NCBI GenBank assembly: GCA_963803805.1
Contig: CAWDOD010000003.1
Span: 544,001-608,000 of the forward strand
Direction: 5' to 3'
Source: an uncultured cyanobacterium
GTDB taxonomy: Bacteria > Cyanobacteriota > Cyanobacteriia > Cyanobacteriales > CAWCAG01
DNA: 64,000 bases
In this document: piece after piece, positions 9,702 to 20,237 of the stretch
Numbering within the stretch: position 1 is the stretch's first letter
Layout of the letters: the number at the start of each line of letters is the position of its first letter
Translations under genes and position numbers: made by a program
The notes under the pieces: model-generated
The model's database searches: none
The model's input: only the letters and a program-made list of their open reading frames with translations
Told to the model about the DNA's origin: nothing

Positions 9702-9759
9702 GGCGACCCAATTTAGATCCTGGTTTGTCAATCATATCTGGGAAACGGGTTGCCCCTAC
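9702..9759 (-). repeat. GTAG-type REP-like element, copy B, embedded in TTGATAR/TGATAAC heptamer STRR
   Basis: Minus strand GTAGGGGCAACCCGTTT...ATTGGGTCGCC; heptamer repeats at about 9673-9700 and 9761-9793. Confidence 0.65.
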
Positions 9760-9783
9760 GTTGATAACTGATAACTGAAACTA

Positions 9784-12021
9784 TTGATAACTGTTCGGCC
9801 TATTACCCAAGATTTGGTATTAATTGGTGGTGGGCATTCTCATGCGATCGCTTTGAGAATGTTGGCCATGAATCCTTTATTGGGAGTACGCCTTACTTTA
9901 ATTACTGATACATCCCATACTCCCTACTCAGGGATGCTACCAGGGCATATAGCGGGTTTTTATAGTTATGACGAAACTCATATTGATTTGCGGCGTTTAG
10001 CTGAGTTTGCTGGGGCGCAATTATATGTCGATCAAGCAGTTGGTTTGAATTTAGAAACTAAGCAGGTAATTTGCGCCCTTCATCCCCCGGTGAGTTTTGA
10101 TTATTTATCTATTGATATTGGTAGTACTCCTCAAGCTATTAATGTTCCTGGGGCGCAACATTGGGCAATTCCTGCTAAACCTGTGCCTGAGTTTCTTGCT
10201 AGTTGGAATCGTTTGTGTGCAGAAGTTGGTAATAATCCTAACCAAGCTATTAGTTTAGGTATTGTGGGTGGAGGGGCTGGGGGTGTTGAATTGGCTTTGA
10301 ATATGCAAAGGCATTTGCATAATTTGCTCAAGCAACATCAGCAGGATATTAATAATTTAACTATTCATCTTTTCCATCGTGGTCAGGAATTATTATCTAA
10401 TCATAATTCTTGGGTTAGTAAGCGTTTAGAAAATATTTTAATTAAACGAGGTATTCAATTACATTTGCTAGAAGATGTGGTGGAAATAACTGGGACATCG
10501 AGTAATCATAAAAGAGTTATTTGTCAATCTGGTTTAAAAAAAGAATGTAACTCTGTATTTTGGGTCACTAATGCTAGTGCGCCAGGTTGGATTCAAGAGT
10601 CTGGTTTAGCCACTGATCATCAAGGCTTTATTTTAGTTAAAGAGACTCTGCAATCTCTTTCCCATCCCTACATTTTTGCCGCAGGGGATATTGCCACCAT
10701 GCAAAATCATTCCCGCCCTAAAGCGGGAGTTTTTGCCGTACGACAAGGTAAACCTTTAGGCAAAAACCTGCGACATATTTTATTAGGAGAAACCTTAGAT
10801 TCATATGTACCTCAAAAACGCTACCTCGCCTTAATTGGTACGGGGGATAAACAGGCGATCGCTTCTTGGTGGCGTTTTGGTTGGCAATCGTCTTGGTTAT
10901 GGCGGTGGAAGGATCGTATTGATCGCCAGTTTATGGATATGTTTGCAGATTTGCCGAGTATGGAGGCAGAAACTAAAACTGATAATCCTCCTTTAATGCC
11001 TTGTTCTGGTTGCGGTTCTAAGGTAGGAAGTAGTACATTAAATGCTGTTTTAAAAAGGCTACAAATCTCAGAAAATGAAGATGTAATTATCGGTATTAAT
11101 AACCCTGATGATGCTGCTATTGTTAGGGTTCCAGCAGGTAAATTAATGGTACATACCGTTGACTATTTCCCTAGTTTAATTAATGACCCCTTTATTTTTG
11201 GTCAAATTGCTACTAATCATTGTTTAAGTGATATTTTTGCTATGGGCGCCACCCCTCAAACTGCCTTAGCAATAGTAACAGTTCCCTATGGCATTGAAGA
11301 GAAAGTCGCCGAAACACTTTATCAATTACTTTCCGGGGCTAATAAAGTTTTGCAACAGAGTAAAACTTCTTTAGTTGGGGGTCATACTATAGAAGGAAAA
11401 GAACTGTCTTTTGGTTTGAGTTGTAACGGGTTGGTAGAAGGAGAGAAATTACTCAGAAAAAGCAATTTACAACCAGGACAAATACTAATTTTAACTAAAG
11501 CAATTGGAACCGGAACCTTATTTGCTGCTAATATGCGTTACCAAGCTAAGGGTAGATGGATAGAAAAAGCAGTAACATCGATGCTGATATCTAACCAAAA
11601 AGCTGCCGAAATTTTCCTTCAATATGGTGCAACAGCTTGTACTGATATTACCGGTTTTGGTTTATTGGGGCATTTAATAGAAATGGTTAAAGCTTCCGAA
11701 GTTAATCTTGAATTAGACTTAGAAAAAATCTCGATTTTACCAGGTGCGATCGCAACAATCAAAAAAGGTATTACCAGTTCTTTACAAGCCCAAAATTTTC
11801 GCGCCGCAACCTATATTCAAAATGCTTCAGAAGTGAGTTATAAACCGGAGTATCAACTTCTTTTTGATCCCCAAACTTCTGGCGGCTTGTTAGCAACTTT
11901 ACCTCCAGAAAAAGCTGAGTCTTGTTTAAGAGAGTTGCGACAGCAAGGTTATGAAGATAGCAGTTTGATTGGTAGGGTTTTGCCTTTTGACTCTGAGGTT
12001 GCACCCGTTTTAATTGGCTAA
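9784..12021 (+). CDS. selD: Selenide, water dikinase fused to an N-terminal FAD/NADH oxidoreductase
   Basis: GGGHSH and GGGAGG Rossmann motifs, AAGD; C-terminal CSGCGSK, DDAA, HTVDYF, LSDIFAMG, GGHT, TDITGFGLLGH, DPQTSGGLL. Confidence 0.9.
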   Translation: MITVRPITQDLVLIGGGHSHAIALRMLAMNPLLGVRLTLITDTSHTPYSGMLPGHIAGFYSYDETHIDLRRLAEFAGAQLYVDQAVGLNLETKQVICALHPPVSFDYLSIDIGSTPQAINVPGAQHWAIPAKPVPEFLASWNRLCAEVGNNPNQAISLGIVGGGAGGVELALNMQRHLHNLLKQHQQDINNLTIHLFHRGQELLSNHNSWVSKRLENILIKRGIQLHLLEDVVEITGTSSNHKRVICQSGLKKECNSVFWVTNASAPGWIQESGLATDHQGFILVKETLQSLSHPYIFAAGDIATMQNHSRPKAGVFAVRQGKPLGKNLRHILLGETLDSYVPQKRYLALIGTGDKQAIASWWRFGWQSSWLWRWKDRIDRQFMDMFADLPSMEAETKTDNPPLMPCSGCGSKVGSSTLNAVLKRLQISENEDVIIGINNPDDAAIVRVPAGKLMVHTVDYFPSLINDPFIFGQIATNHCLSDIFAMGATPQTALAIVTVPYGIEEKVAETLYQLLSGANKVLQQSKTSLVGGHTIEGKELSFGLSCNGLVEGEKLLRKSNLQPGQILILTKAIGTGTLFAANMRYQAKGRWIEKAVTSMLISNQKAAEIFLQYGATACTDITGFGLLGHLIEMVKASEVNLELDLEKISILPGAIATIKKGITSSLQAQNFRAATYIQNASEVSYKPEYQLLFDPQTSGGLLATLPPEKAESCLRELRQQGYEDSSLIGRVLPFDSEVAPVLIG

Positions 12022-12490
12022 GTTATATATGATTAGATTATTCAAAAAACTATCGGTTGAAATTAATTTTGATGAAACCATACATATTTCTCTTTATTGT
12101 TAGTATACTCAGTGGTCATGCTCTGAAAAATAATTGCGATCGCCCTTATTTAGATATCTTGTTACTAGGAATTTGATAGCTTTCATCTTTTCTATCACTT
12201 GTTCGTCAGTAAACGAAGGATTCTCTCTAAGAATAGTCCAATAGAGAATATAATCATTTACTCTATCCTGTAAATTCTGACCTTTACCATGTTTATCAAT
12301 TCATCCTTGTACTTCTTTCCTAGTAGGTACTTGAGGACTTTTAGTAAAGCTGAAGGCTTTACATTTATCTCTTATTTCTTACAAAGTATTTATAAAGTTT
12401 TTTAAAAATATCTATAAAATATTCAAAACTATAGCTAAACTATCTAATAAGTATGTCATACTATATTTGTAACTTAAGCAAATAAACATT

Positions 12491-12946
12491 ATGGCAAATA
12501 CAATTCTTACCTATACTAGGAACGACTTAGAGTACATCAAGTCTAAAGGATGTGACGATGGTTGGGTTCTTAATGAAAATCGGGCAGGGTCTTGTGAGTA
12601 TTTAGTTTGTTGTAATTCACAAGGAGCTAAACAAAGAAGTGCTTTTTTAGTAGGGTTAATAAGTAGAATTCGCCATATTGAGGAAAAACGTTGGGCAATA
12701 CATATTTCCGAGTATGCAAGTGTTGATGTTTCTGATGTGTGGAAAGGTTGGCAAAATCCCGTTCATTACACCACTTTAGAAGAGTTGGGAATTGAGCCTT
12801 CTGTTCTCAAGTTTCAAAAAATTGAACAAGAAGAAAAAACGGAAATCAAAGAAATTCCTTCTTTATCAATCGAACAAGCAAAAGAGGGAATATCAAAGAA
12901 ATTTAATATTTCCCCAGACCAAATTGAAATTGTCATCAAAGGTTAA
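12491..12946 (+). CDS. Hypothetical protein (151 aa) in an AT-rich patch
   Basis: Clean ATG ORF; C-terminus LSIEQAKEGISKKFNISPDQIEIVIKG; function not recognised. Confidence 0.75.
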   Translation: MANTILTYTRNDLEYIKSKGCDDGWVLNENRAGSCEYLVCCNSQGAKQRSAFLVGLISRIRHIEEKRWAIHISEYASVDVSDVWKGWQNPVHYTTLEELGIEPSVLKFQKIEQEEKTEIKEIPSLSIEQAKEGISKKFNISPDQIEIVIKG

Positions 12947-13058
12947 TAAAAAATTGTTCGCATAAATGGCTCTCTCAACACAATGGGGTAAAAAATGAAA
13001 ATTAGATCAACTCAAAAACAATTACACAAAGTTGCGTACGCGTGGGGAAGTCTATTCT

Positions 13059-14864
13059 TTATTGACAAACGTAAAAGCAACTATATAGATGTTCTTCCCC
13101 TGTGGGTTCAAACTTGTTGGTTATCCAAGCAGATTGGTAGGGTTGCAGTACAAATTCAGAATAAAGATCCTCAATTTGATAGCCGCTGATGAGATCAGCC
13201 CAAGAATCTGTACCTACTAAATTCAAATCTCCTAAGTTAATTTTTTGAGTGCGATCGCTCAAATTATGCAAACAGAAAATGCTTTGATCTCTGATAATAC
13301 TTTGTCGCCAAAAAGCAAAAATTTCTGGGGCAATATGAAGAGTATATTGAGTCGCGTTGGGGTGAAATGCCCCTTGTTGGCGACGGATTTTAATTAAGCG
13401 AGAAAGTTCTTTTAAAACAATAGCTTGAGGAGATTTTGTATCTTGCAGTTTTTGATTTAACTCCTCATAATTCCATTGGTAGCGATTAATAGAACGGTTT
13501 CTTCCTGTACGCTTAACCCCTTCATGATCATTTGGCGTTGCTAACAAACTATGAATATAAAAAGCAGGGATACCTTCTAAGGACATCATCACAGTTTGAG
13601 AACAAACAAAGCGTTGAATTTGCCAATTATCCTCCCCATTAGCAGTACCTTTTAAAGCATCAAAAAGAGAAATATTTACCTCATAAGGACTTTCTGTACC
13701 ATCGTCCTTCATCCTCATACTAATTTCCCCACCAAATTGCTTCATACAACTAAGTAGAGTTTGATATTCATCATCAGATAACAACCCTTCAGCAGGGCGC
13801 AAACCAATACCATCGTGGGAAGCGGTAAAGTTGAGATAAGCACATCCTAGGGGTGCAGGAGGCATACTCATCATCCAAGTTTTGAGGTGAACGCATTTCC
13901 CTTGGAGTAAAGCATTAAGTAATAGAGGTGGCAAACTAAAATTATAAATCATATGAGCCTCATTACGGTTGCCGAAGTAACTGAGGTTTTCTTTATTCGG
14001 TACGTTAGTTTCTGTGATTAAGGCAATGGAGGGATCTACCATTTGCAAAATTTCCCGCATCAGCTTAATAGCCGTATGAGTCTCTACCAAATGGATACAA
14101 GGAGTCCCCAAACACTTCCACAAATACCCAATAGCATCAAGGCGAATATATTTTGCCCCGGCTTGAATATAAAAAATAATGATCTTAATAAACTCGATTA
14201 AAACATCTGGATTAGCAAAATTAAGATCGATTTGATCATGACTAAAGGTTGCCCAAACATACTTTTCCCCCTTAACTGTATCTACTTTTACCAGTAAAGG
14301 ACTGCTACGGGGGCGAACAACACCGGAAGTATCGATATTAGGTTCTACTTCTATAAAATAATCACAACCGGGCTTCTCTCCTTGCTTAAACTGTTCAAAC
14401 CAAGCACTTTGACTAGAAACATGGTTAATAACTAAATCCGCCATTAAATCGAATTTATCGGCAATTCGCTTAATATCCTGCCAATCTCCCAAAGCAGGAT
14501 TAACTGCTAAATAATCAATAACCGCAAAGCCGTCATCAGAACTATAGGGACAAAAAGGTAAAATATGTACCCCAGTAATGGTATCTTCTAAATGCTCTTC
14601 TAAAAAACGGCTCAGGGTAACTAAAGATTTTTCTCCAGAATCGCTATAAATGCTATCCCCGTAGGTAATGAGTAGAACCTTATCTTCACTCCATTTCGTT
14701 AAATTCTCTTCTAGTGAAGTAGCAAAATATTCTTGCAGTTCAGCAAATAACTTTTGTAATAAGGCCTCTATATCCTCATCTACATAGATTTTTTCTAAAA
14801 GAGCCTTAACTCGTACAGAAAAATGAGCATAGCGATCGCTGGTACTGATGGTTGATACAGTCAT
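13059..14864 (-). CDS. GH13 sugar phosphorylase (glucosylglycerate/sucrose phosphorylase family)
   Basis: LITYGDS, SSDDGF, DLVINH, IRLDAIGYLWK, ITETNVP, ASHDGIGLRP, PYEVN. Confidence 0.88.
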   Translation of the reverse strand: MTVSTISTSDRYAHFSVRVKALLEKIYVDEDIEALLQKLFAELQEYFATSLEENLTKWSEDKVLLITYGDSIYSDSGEKSLVTLSRFLEEHLEDTITGVHILPFCPYSSDDGFAVIDYLAVNPALGDWQDIKRIADKFDLMADLVINHVSSQSAWFEQFKQGEKPGCDYFIEVEPNIDTSGVVRPRSSPLLVKVDTVKGEKYVWATFSHDQIDLNFANPDVLIEFIKIIIFYIQAGAKYIRLDAIGYLWKCLGTPCIHLVETHTAIKLMREILQMVDPSIALITETNVPNKENLSYFGNRNEAHMIYNFSLPPLLLNALLQGKCVHLKTWMMSMPPAPLGCAYLNFTASHDGIGLRPAEGLLSDDEYQTLLSCMKQFGGEISMRMKDDGTESPYEVNISLFDALKGTANGEDNWQIQRFVCSQTVMMSLEGIPAFYIHSLLATPNDHEGVKRTGRNRSINRYQWNYEELNQKLQDTKSPQAIVLKELSRLIKIRRQQGAFHPNATQYTLHIAPEIFAFWRQSIIRDQSIFCLHNLSDRTQKINLGDLNLVGTDSWADLISGYQIEDLYSEFVLQPYQSAWITNKFEPTGEEHLYSCFYVCQ

Positions 14865-15003
14865 GATGATATCTAGCTAGTATGTCCAGAGTAAATTTGG
14901 GGATAGTTTTTAACCTCACCATAACTAGCATATAAATATCTCTGCTCCTGGTAAAAAAAGTCACAAATTTCATCCTTAAGGGAAATTTGTACAGTTTTAA
15001 TTT

Positions 15004-15645
15004 TCACTCATTACTATTCTCAAGAAAATTATCTCTACCCGCCACACTTTCTATCGCCGCTTTTACTGCACGGGAGGCAGCCATAATATCTTGCTCTGCC
15101 CCTCCCAAATAAAGTCGTCCGAAACTACCTACAGCACTAATTTGTAGTATATTAATTCGGGCTGCTTTTTCCGCCTCATTCGCAGCTAAAGCAGCATAAG
15201 CCGCAGGCTGTACTTCAAAAACAAAAAGAGTTTGTCCGGCGAGAATCATTTGTCCTCGACAGGTACGATTAATTAGTTGGGCTTGGTGAGAGTCCAGATT
15301 ACGAATAATTTGATTGGAGACAATGCGGGGTTTGAGACATTCTTCTTTGCTAACTCCCAAAGCACTAAGAATTGCCCTACCAGCAGCCCTGGTTTCCCCT
15401 TGGGAGCTAGAATGAATTTCCAGGACTCCATAAAGCCTTTCCACCATTTGTACCCCAGGACGAACCGCAGTGGATTTTAGGGCAACATCAGTAATGCGAT
15501 TAATTTCAATGCCCGGTGAGATTTCAACCCACAGTGAAGTATCTCCTGGTAGAGGCAAAAAGCCTATAGCTACTTTGCCCATATAAGCAGCGTGTTGAGC
15601 CTGTAAGTTATCAAGAAATACGTAACTGCGTAGTTCTATGCCCAA
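15004..15645 (-). CDS. ccmP: Carboxysome shell tandem-BMC protein CcmP
   Basis: [51 protein letters not shown]. Confidence 0.88.
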   Translation of the reverse strand: MGIELRSYVFLDNLQAQHAAYMGKVAIGFLPLPGDTSLWVEISPGIEINRITDVALKSTAVRPGVQMVERLYGVLEIHSSSQGETRAAGRAILSALGVSKEECLKPRIVSNQIIRNLDSHQAQLINRTCRGQMILAGQTLFVFEVQPAAYAALAANEAEKAARINILQISAVGSFGRLYLGGAEQDIMAASRAVKAAIESVAGRDNFLENSNE

Positions 15646-15720
15646 GGTTTGGATCTCCTGAGTATTGTGGGGTGGCTGGATTACCCCTTAACTATTTTCT
15701 TGCTCAGCCTTGCCCAAATA

Positions 15721-16356
15721 CTATACAGGATTAGAGGATTCTTCAGTTTTCTCTTCTTCAGTTTCTACTATGGCAATTGGCAAAATTTGCTTAACTCGAA
15801 AACCAGGTATAACAAAATCTTGGGTTAGTGTATTACGATCCCAAGGCTCTTGCTGCCCAAACTGCTCTTGACTAGTAGTCAGTACACCCAAGACACTGAC
15901 AGGAATTTGCAAAAATAAATTACTAGCCAAAAAACCTAAAGCTGCTAACAATAACCCAGCAAAACGCCATTGAGGAGGGAAAGGCGCTACCATCGCTACG
16001 GCGGGAGCAACTAAATAGATTTTCCATAGTAACCAAAACAAAAAAACCGCCGTAACGACAGCTATTAAGCGATGTTTAGTAGTTTTAAATAAACTTAAAA
16101 TTTTGAGCTGTTCTGGGGTTAACTCTTCTGATTTAATAGCTAAAATCAAAATACTAAAAATATCAAAAGGACGATTCCACTGCATCCACAACACAGGTAA
16201 AATACCCACTACAGCAATAGGCAGAAATTCTAACCAGAAAGGTAATACAGGATCTCCTACTGCTAACCCCAGCCATACAGCTTGTAAAAATAGGGGTAAA
16301 ACAGCTAAACCAGATAAATGAATCCAGAGGAAAGGTTCAGAGCGAAAGGAACGCAT
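15721..16356 (-). CDS. Conserved cyanobacterial membrane protein (low-complexity tail family)
   Basis: MRSFRSEPFLWIHLSGLA, four hydrophobic helices, LFLQIPVSVL; lies downstream of infB. Confidence 0.8.
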   Translation of the reverse strand: MRSFRSEPFLWIHLSGLAVLPLFLQAVWLGLAVGDPVLPFWLEFLPIAVVGILPVLWMQWNRPFDIFSILILAIKSEELTPEQLKILSLFKTTKHRLIAVVTAVFLFWLLWKIYLVAPAVAMVAPFPPQWRFAGLLLAALGFLASNLFLQIPVSVLGVLTTSQEQFGQQEPWDRNTLTQDFVIPGFRVKQILPIAIVETEEEKTEESSNPV

Positions 16357-16384
16357 TGTACTTGATGAGGTAAAGGTTGGCTGT

Positions 16385-16423
16385 TGGTTAGGTTAAAGAA
16401 GCTCGGAGTCTTTAACCTAACCA
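16385..16423 (-). terminator. Hairpin after infB
   Basis: Perfect 15-bp arms TGGTTAGGTTAAAGA / TCTTTAACCTAACCA; no strong U-tract. Confidence 0.5.
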
Positions 16424-16452
16424 CCTTTGTAATTATTAACTAACGCCACGGT

Positions 16453-19400
16453 CTATTTAGCCGCTAGTGTTCGTCTTCTAGTAACCATTTGATAGGTTTC
16501 GATAATATCTCCTTCTTGCCAACTATTGAACTTATCTATGTTGATACCACATTCAAAGCCAGCGTTGACTTCTTTGACATCATCTTTCATTCGTTTGAGG
16601 GAATCGATACTTCCTTCATAAACGACTTCACCCTTCCTACGAACTCGCGCTTTACAGTTACGGACAACCTTGCCTGATTGTACATAACAACCAGCTACAG
16701 ACCCACGACCAACTTGGAAGACAGCTCTTACTTCTGTTTGACCTAAGTGTTCTTCTACTTCTTCAGGGTCAAGTAAACCTTCCATTGCTCCTTGAATGTC
16801 ATCAAGTAGCTTATAAATGATGTCATATTCGCGGATATAAACCCCTTCTCGGTCAGCGGCTTGACGAGCGCCAGTAGCTAAGGTGGTATTGAAGCCAATT
16901 ACTATGGCTCCACTAGCTGCGGCTAGATCTACATCTGTTTCGGTTATTTCACCAGGGGCAGAGAAGAGAACCCTAACTTGAACTTCGTTTTGAGGTAACT
17001 GTTGTAATGTACCGAGAATCGCTTCTACAGAGCCTTGAACATCTGCTTTCAAGATTAAGTTGAGTTCTTTAAGTTCTCCTTCTTGAGCTTTGGCAGATAT
17101 ATCTCCAAGGGTAACGCGGCGGGAAGACATCGCTTTTTGTAAGCGAGATTCTCGCTTATTATCGGAGCGATCATCCGCTACAGCCCGGGCCTCTTTTTCG
17201 CTAGCAAAAGCTTCAAATTCGTCCCCGGCGGCGGGAACATCCCCCATACCTAATATTTCTACAGCAAAGGAAGGAGTTGCTTTTTCTACTCTTTCACCTC
17301 GGTCGTCAATCATTGCTCGAATCTTACCAAAGGTTGAGCCAGCAACAATGGGATCACCAACCTTTAAAGTTCCGTTCTGCACTAATAAAGTAGCCACAGG
17401 ACCTCTGGATTTATCAAGGTTGGCTTCAATTACTGTTCCTTTGGCTAAGCGATCAGGATTTGCAGATAGTTCTTCAATTTCCGATACCAGCAAGATCATT
17501 TCCAAAAGGGTATTTAGGTTTTCCCCTTTAATGGCGCTCACTGGAACCATGATGGTGTCGCCACCCCATTCTTCAGGAACTAAACCATGTTCAGTTAACT
17601 CTTGCTTGACTCTATCTGGTTCAGCACCAGCCTTATCTACTTTATTAACCGCTACCACAATGGGAACCCCTGCTGCTTTAGCATGGCTAATGGCTTCCCT
17701 GGTTTGAGGTTGAACCCCATCATCAGCAGCCACTACCAAGATGGCAATATCTGTTACCCTTGCTCCCCTAGCCCGCATGGCAGTGAAAGCTTCGTGACCA
17801 GGAGTATCTAGGAAAACAACCTGTTGGTCAGAGCCATTATGCTCCACATCAACGTGATAAGCGCCGATGTGCTGGGTAATCCCTCCGGCTTCCCCTTCTG
17901 CTACCTTAGTTTTGCGTATAGCATCAAGAAGAGTAGTTTTACCATGGTCAACGTGACCCATAATTGTCACCACTGGAGGACGGTGTTGGAGTTGTCCTTT
18001 GTCTCCTTCTTCCACCATTTCGGTAACTTTAGTAGCAGCAGAAGTTTCTTCCGGAATTTCGACTAAGACACCTAATTCTTCTGCCACCATTTTGGCTGTA
18101 TCAATTTCTAAGGTTTCGGTGATGTTAACCGCTACACCTTTGGAGAACAACTGCTTGATTATGTCTGTTTCTGGGGTATTCAACAGATCAGCTAACTCTC
18201 TGAGAGTAAGGTTGTTGCTCAAAGTGATCATTTCTGGCAACTCTTCAGCTACTTGGCGATCGCCTTTTTTCTGCTTCCTCTCAAAGGCAGCAGTTTTGTT
18301 ACCTCCTTTACTAGGAGCAGCAGGCCTCTTTTCTTTACGTCTGCTAGGAGATGAGGTTTGCTTCGTTAAAGATTTAGGTTTAGGAGGACGAGCTACAGAC
18401 ATACTAGCTACCATGGGGACAAGGGATTTGTCTTTGTCTCCGTTCAAATCATCATCATCCTCTTCAATAATGAGAGAACGACGCTTTTTAGCAGCAGCCT
18501 TGCTAGCTTTATTTTTATTTTCTTGAATTTCCTCTTCTTCTTCTTCCCACTCTTTGCGTTTAGCCGGACGAGGAGTAGGACGTTTTAGTTTTGGTTGTTT
18601 CCTGGCTGACTTCTCTAATACTCCTACTTCATCACCAATGCTGTCATCAAAGTTATCACTACCATCCTTATCATCAGGGGTATCTAAGTCTTCCTGTTTA
18701 ACTTTCTTACTAGTTTGGGGAGGTTTTGGTAGGTTGGGCTTCTGTTGTAACTTAACCAGAGTTGGTGGAGTCGGTGCTTCTTTCTCTATTTTAACTGTAG
18801 CTGGTTTTTGAGAAGGTTTCTCCCCTTGAGGGGGTGAAGAGGTAGATTTCCTAGCCTTTTTAGGAACGGGTTTTTCTACCTTAACTGAACGGCGATTATT
18901 ATCTCGCTTTGGTCTAGGAGGGGGACCTATAAGTTGGAGAGATGCTTCTTCTTGTGTACTTATAGTTTCTTTTCCTTGGGTAGGTTCTTGCTGGGAAAAG
19001 TTTTCTTCTGGGGCTTCAACTGGCCTTAGTTCTTCAGGAGAAGAAGGAGATTTAAGCTGTTGAGTCGAAGATTTGTTTTGTCCTGATGAGGGTGGTGGTT
19101 GTAGTTTGGCAGCAGTATGAGGAGGAACAGCTAATTGCTCAGAGCTAGAGGTATCCACTTCTTTAGCGTTCAGATCCCCCTTAGAAGTGTTGCGCAACTT
19201 AGGCTGCTTACGAATTTCTAAGATTTCTTGCTTGCGCTTTTTTTGGGGGCGGACAGCTTTTAAGTTTGGGCTATTGTTTGCCCCTCCGGATGATTTAGCT
19301 CCGTCTTTGTTGTTGCCATTATTAGAAGACCGAACATAACGCTCTGCCCCTGTTTTAATCAATTCTGCTTGAGATTCGGTGATGGTGCTACTGTGACTTT

Positions 19401-19500
19401 TAACTGAAATATTTAGCTGGTCGCAAATTGCTAGAATATCCTTGTTGTCCAAATTCAATTCCTTTGATAATTCGTAAATTCTGACTTTGCCGTTGTTCAT
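16453..19500 (-). CDS. infB: Translation initiation factor IF-2
   Basis: [12 protein letters not shown]-terminus, [21 protein letters not shown]. Confidence 0.98.
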   Translation of the reverse strand: MNNGKVRIYELSKELNLDNKDILAICDQLNISVKSHSSTITESQAELIKTGAERYVRSSNNGNNKDGAKSSGGANNSPNLKAVRPQKKRKQEILEIRKQPKLRNTSKGDLNAKEVDTSSSEQLAVPPHTAAKLQPPPSSGQNKSSTQQLKSPSSPEELRPVEAPEENFSQQEPTQGKETISTQEEASLQLIGPPPRPKRDNNRRSVKVEKPVPKKARKSTSSPPQGEKPSQKPATVKIEKEAPTPPTLVKLQQKPNLPKPPQTSKKVKQEDLDTPDDKDGSDNFDDSIGDEVGVLEKSARKQPKLKRPTPRPAKRKEWEEEEEEIQENKNKASKAAAKKRRSLIIEEDDDDLNGDKDKSLVPMVASMSVARPPKPKSLTKQTSSPSRRKEKRPAAPSKGGNKTAAFERKQKKGDRQVAEELPEMITLSNNLTLRELADLLNTPETDIIKQLFSKGVAVNITETLEIDTAKMVAEELGVLVEIPEETSAATKVTEMVEEGDKGQLQHRPPVVTIMGHVDHGKTTLLDAIRKTKVAEGEAGGITQHIGAYHVDVEHNGSDQQVVFLDTPGHEAFTAMRARGARVTDIAILVVAADDGVQPQTREAISHAKAAGVPIVVAVNKVDKAGAEPDRVKQELTEHGLVPEEWGGDTIMVPVSAIKGENLNTLLEMILLVSEIEELSANPDRLAKGTVIEANLDKSRGPVATLLVQNGTLKVGDPIVAGSTFGKIRAMIDDRGERVEKATPSFAVEILGMGDVPAAGDEFEAFASEKEARAVADDRSDNKRESRLQKAMSSRRVTLGDISAKAQEGELKELNLILKADVQGSVEAILGTLQQLPQNEVQVRVLFSAPGEITETDVDLAAASGAIVIGFNTTLATGARQAADREGVYIREYDIIYKLLDDIQGAMEGLLDPEEVEEHLGQTEVRAVFQVGRGSVAGCYVQSGKVVRNCKARVRRKGEVVYEGSIDSLKRMKDDVKEVNAGFECGINIDKFNSWQEGDIIETYQMVTRRRTLAAK

Positions 19501-20237
19501 CCACTATGCCCCGTATTGTTTTGCAGTTGTTTTTATTCCATGAGCAATAAAATTTTGTTCATTTTTGTTGCTTGTTTTATGGTGAAGACTGAAATTCTGA
19601 CATTACCTCGTCATAAAAAGTTAATAATAAATTTGTTTGGGCTAGGGCCTCCTACTTAAAATCTATTTTAAAAAACAGCTATTTTACTTAATTATTACCA
19701 AACTAGGGAAAAAACCTAAAATTTTAGTCTATCTGTTATGAGAGCTTATTTAGCTAATGAAGATTACTAAGTTTAGTGATTTTAACCTTTTTAGTTTACT
19801 TCAAGGGCCTAAGCTTAATTCCAGGATAGAAAGAAAATCGTCTAGTTGGCAGCTTTTTTGCTCTACTATTACCCGTTAGTAGCGGCACTAGGTGACTATA
19901 GAATTTATAACTCTACCACCTTCTCTCTACTAAGTCCTCAATGACTGAATATATATATATTATTCCTGTTCGACGATGTCCTCAGAAGTAATATTTCTTT
20001 TGTTCCGAGTAACTACGGTTTTTTGAGAGTAGTTGAGAGAAGTTATCCTTTTACTATTTTAATACCTAAGTTAGCTAAGGGACTTGCCGTTTGATAATCT
20101 GCCAATTATTTGGCTACTCCTTCAAGAATTTGATGTAAGAGCTGGTATTCTATATTTTGCCCCAGTCCCTAACTGCTAAAAGAGCCATACTATCGATAAT
20201 TGGTAGAACATTTGGGTTTCATGATTAATAACTATTG

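Noticed and set aside
10995-11025. Selenocysteine recoding in selD
   Set aside because: The motif is Cys-encoded and there is no in-frame TGA.
16489-18811. Plus-strand ORFs up to 205 aa inside infB, and similar shadow ORFs in the ABC, LCP, mscS and kinase genes
   Set aside because: They are antisense or alternative-frame shadows of well-supported genes and have no motifs.
20040-20222. Possible ylxR remnant upstream of infB (MKPKCSTNYR*...)
   Set aside because: Multiple stops and none of the YlxR CxxC or GRxAY motifs.
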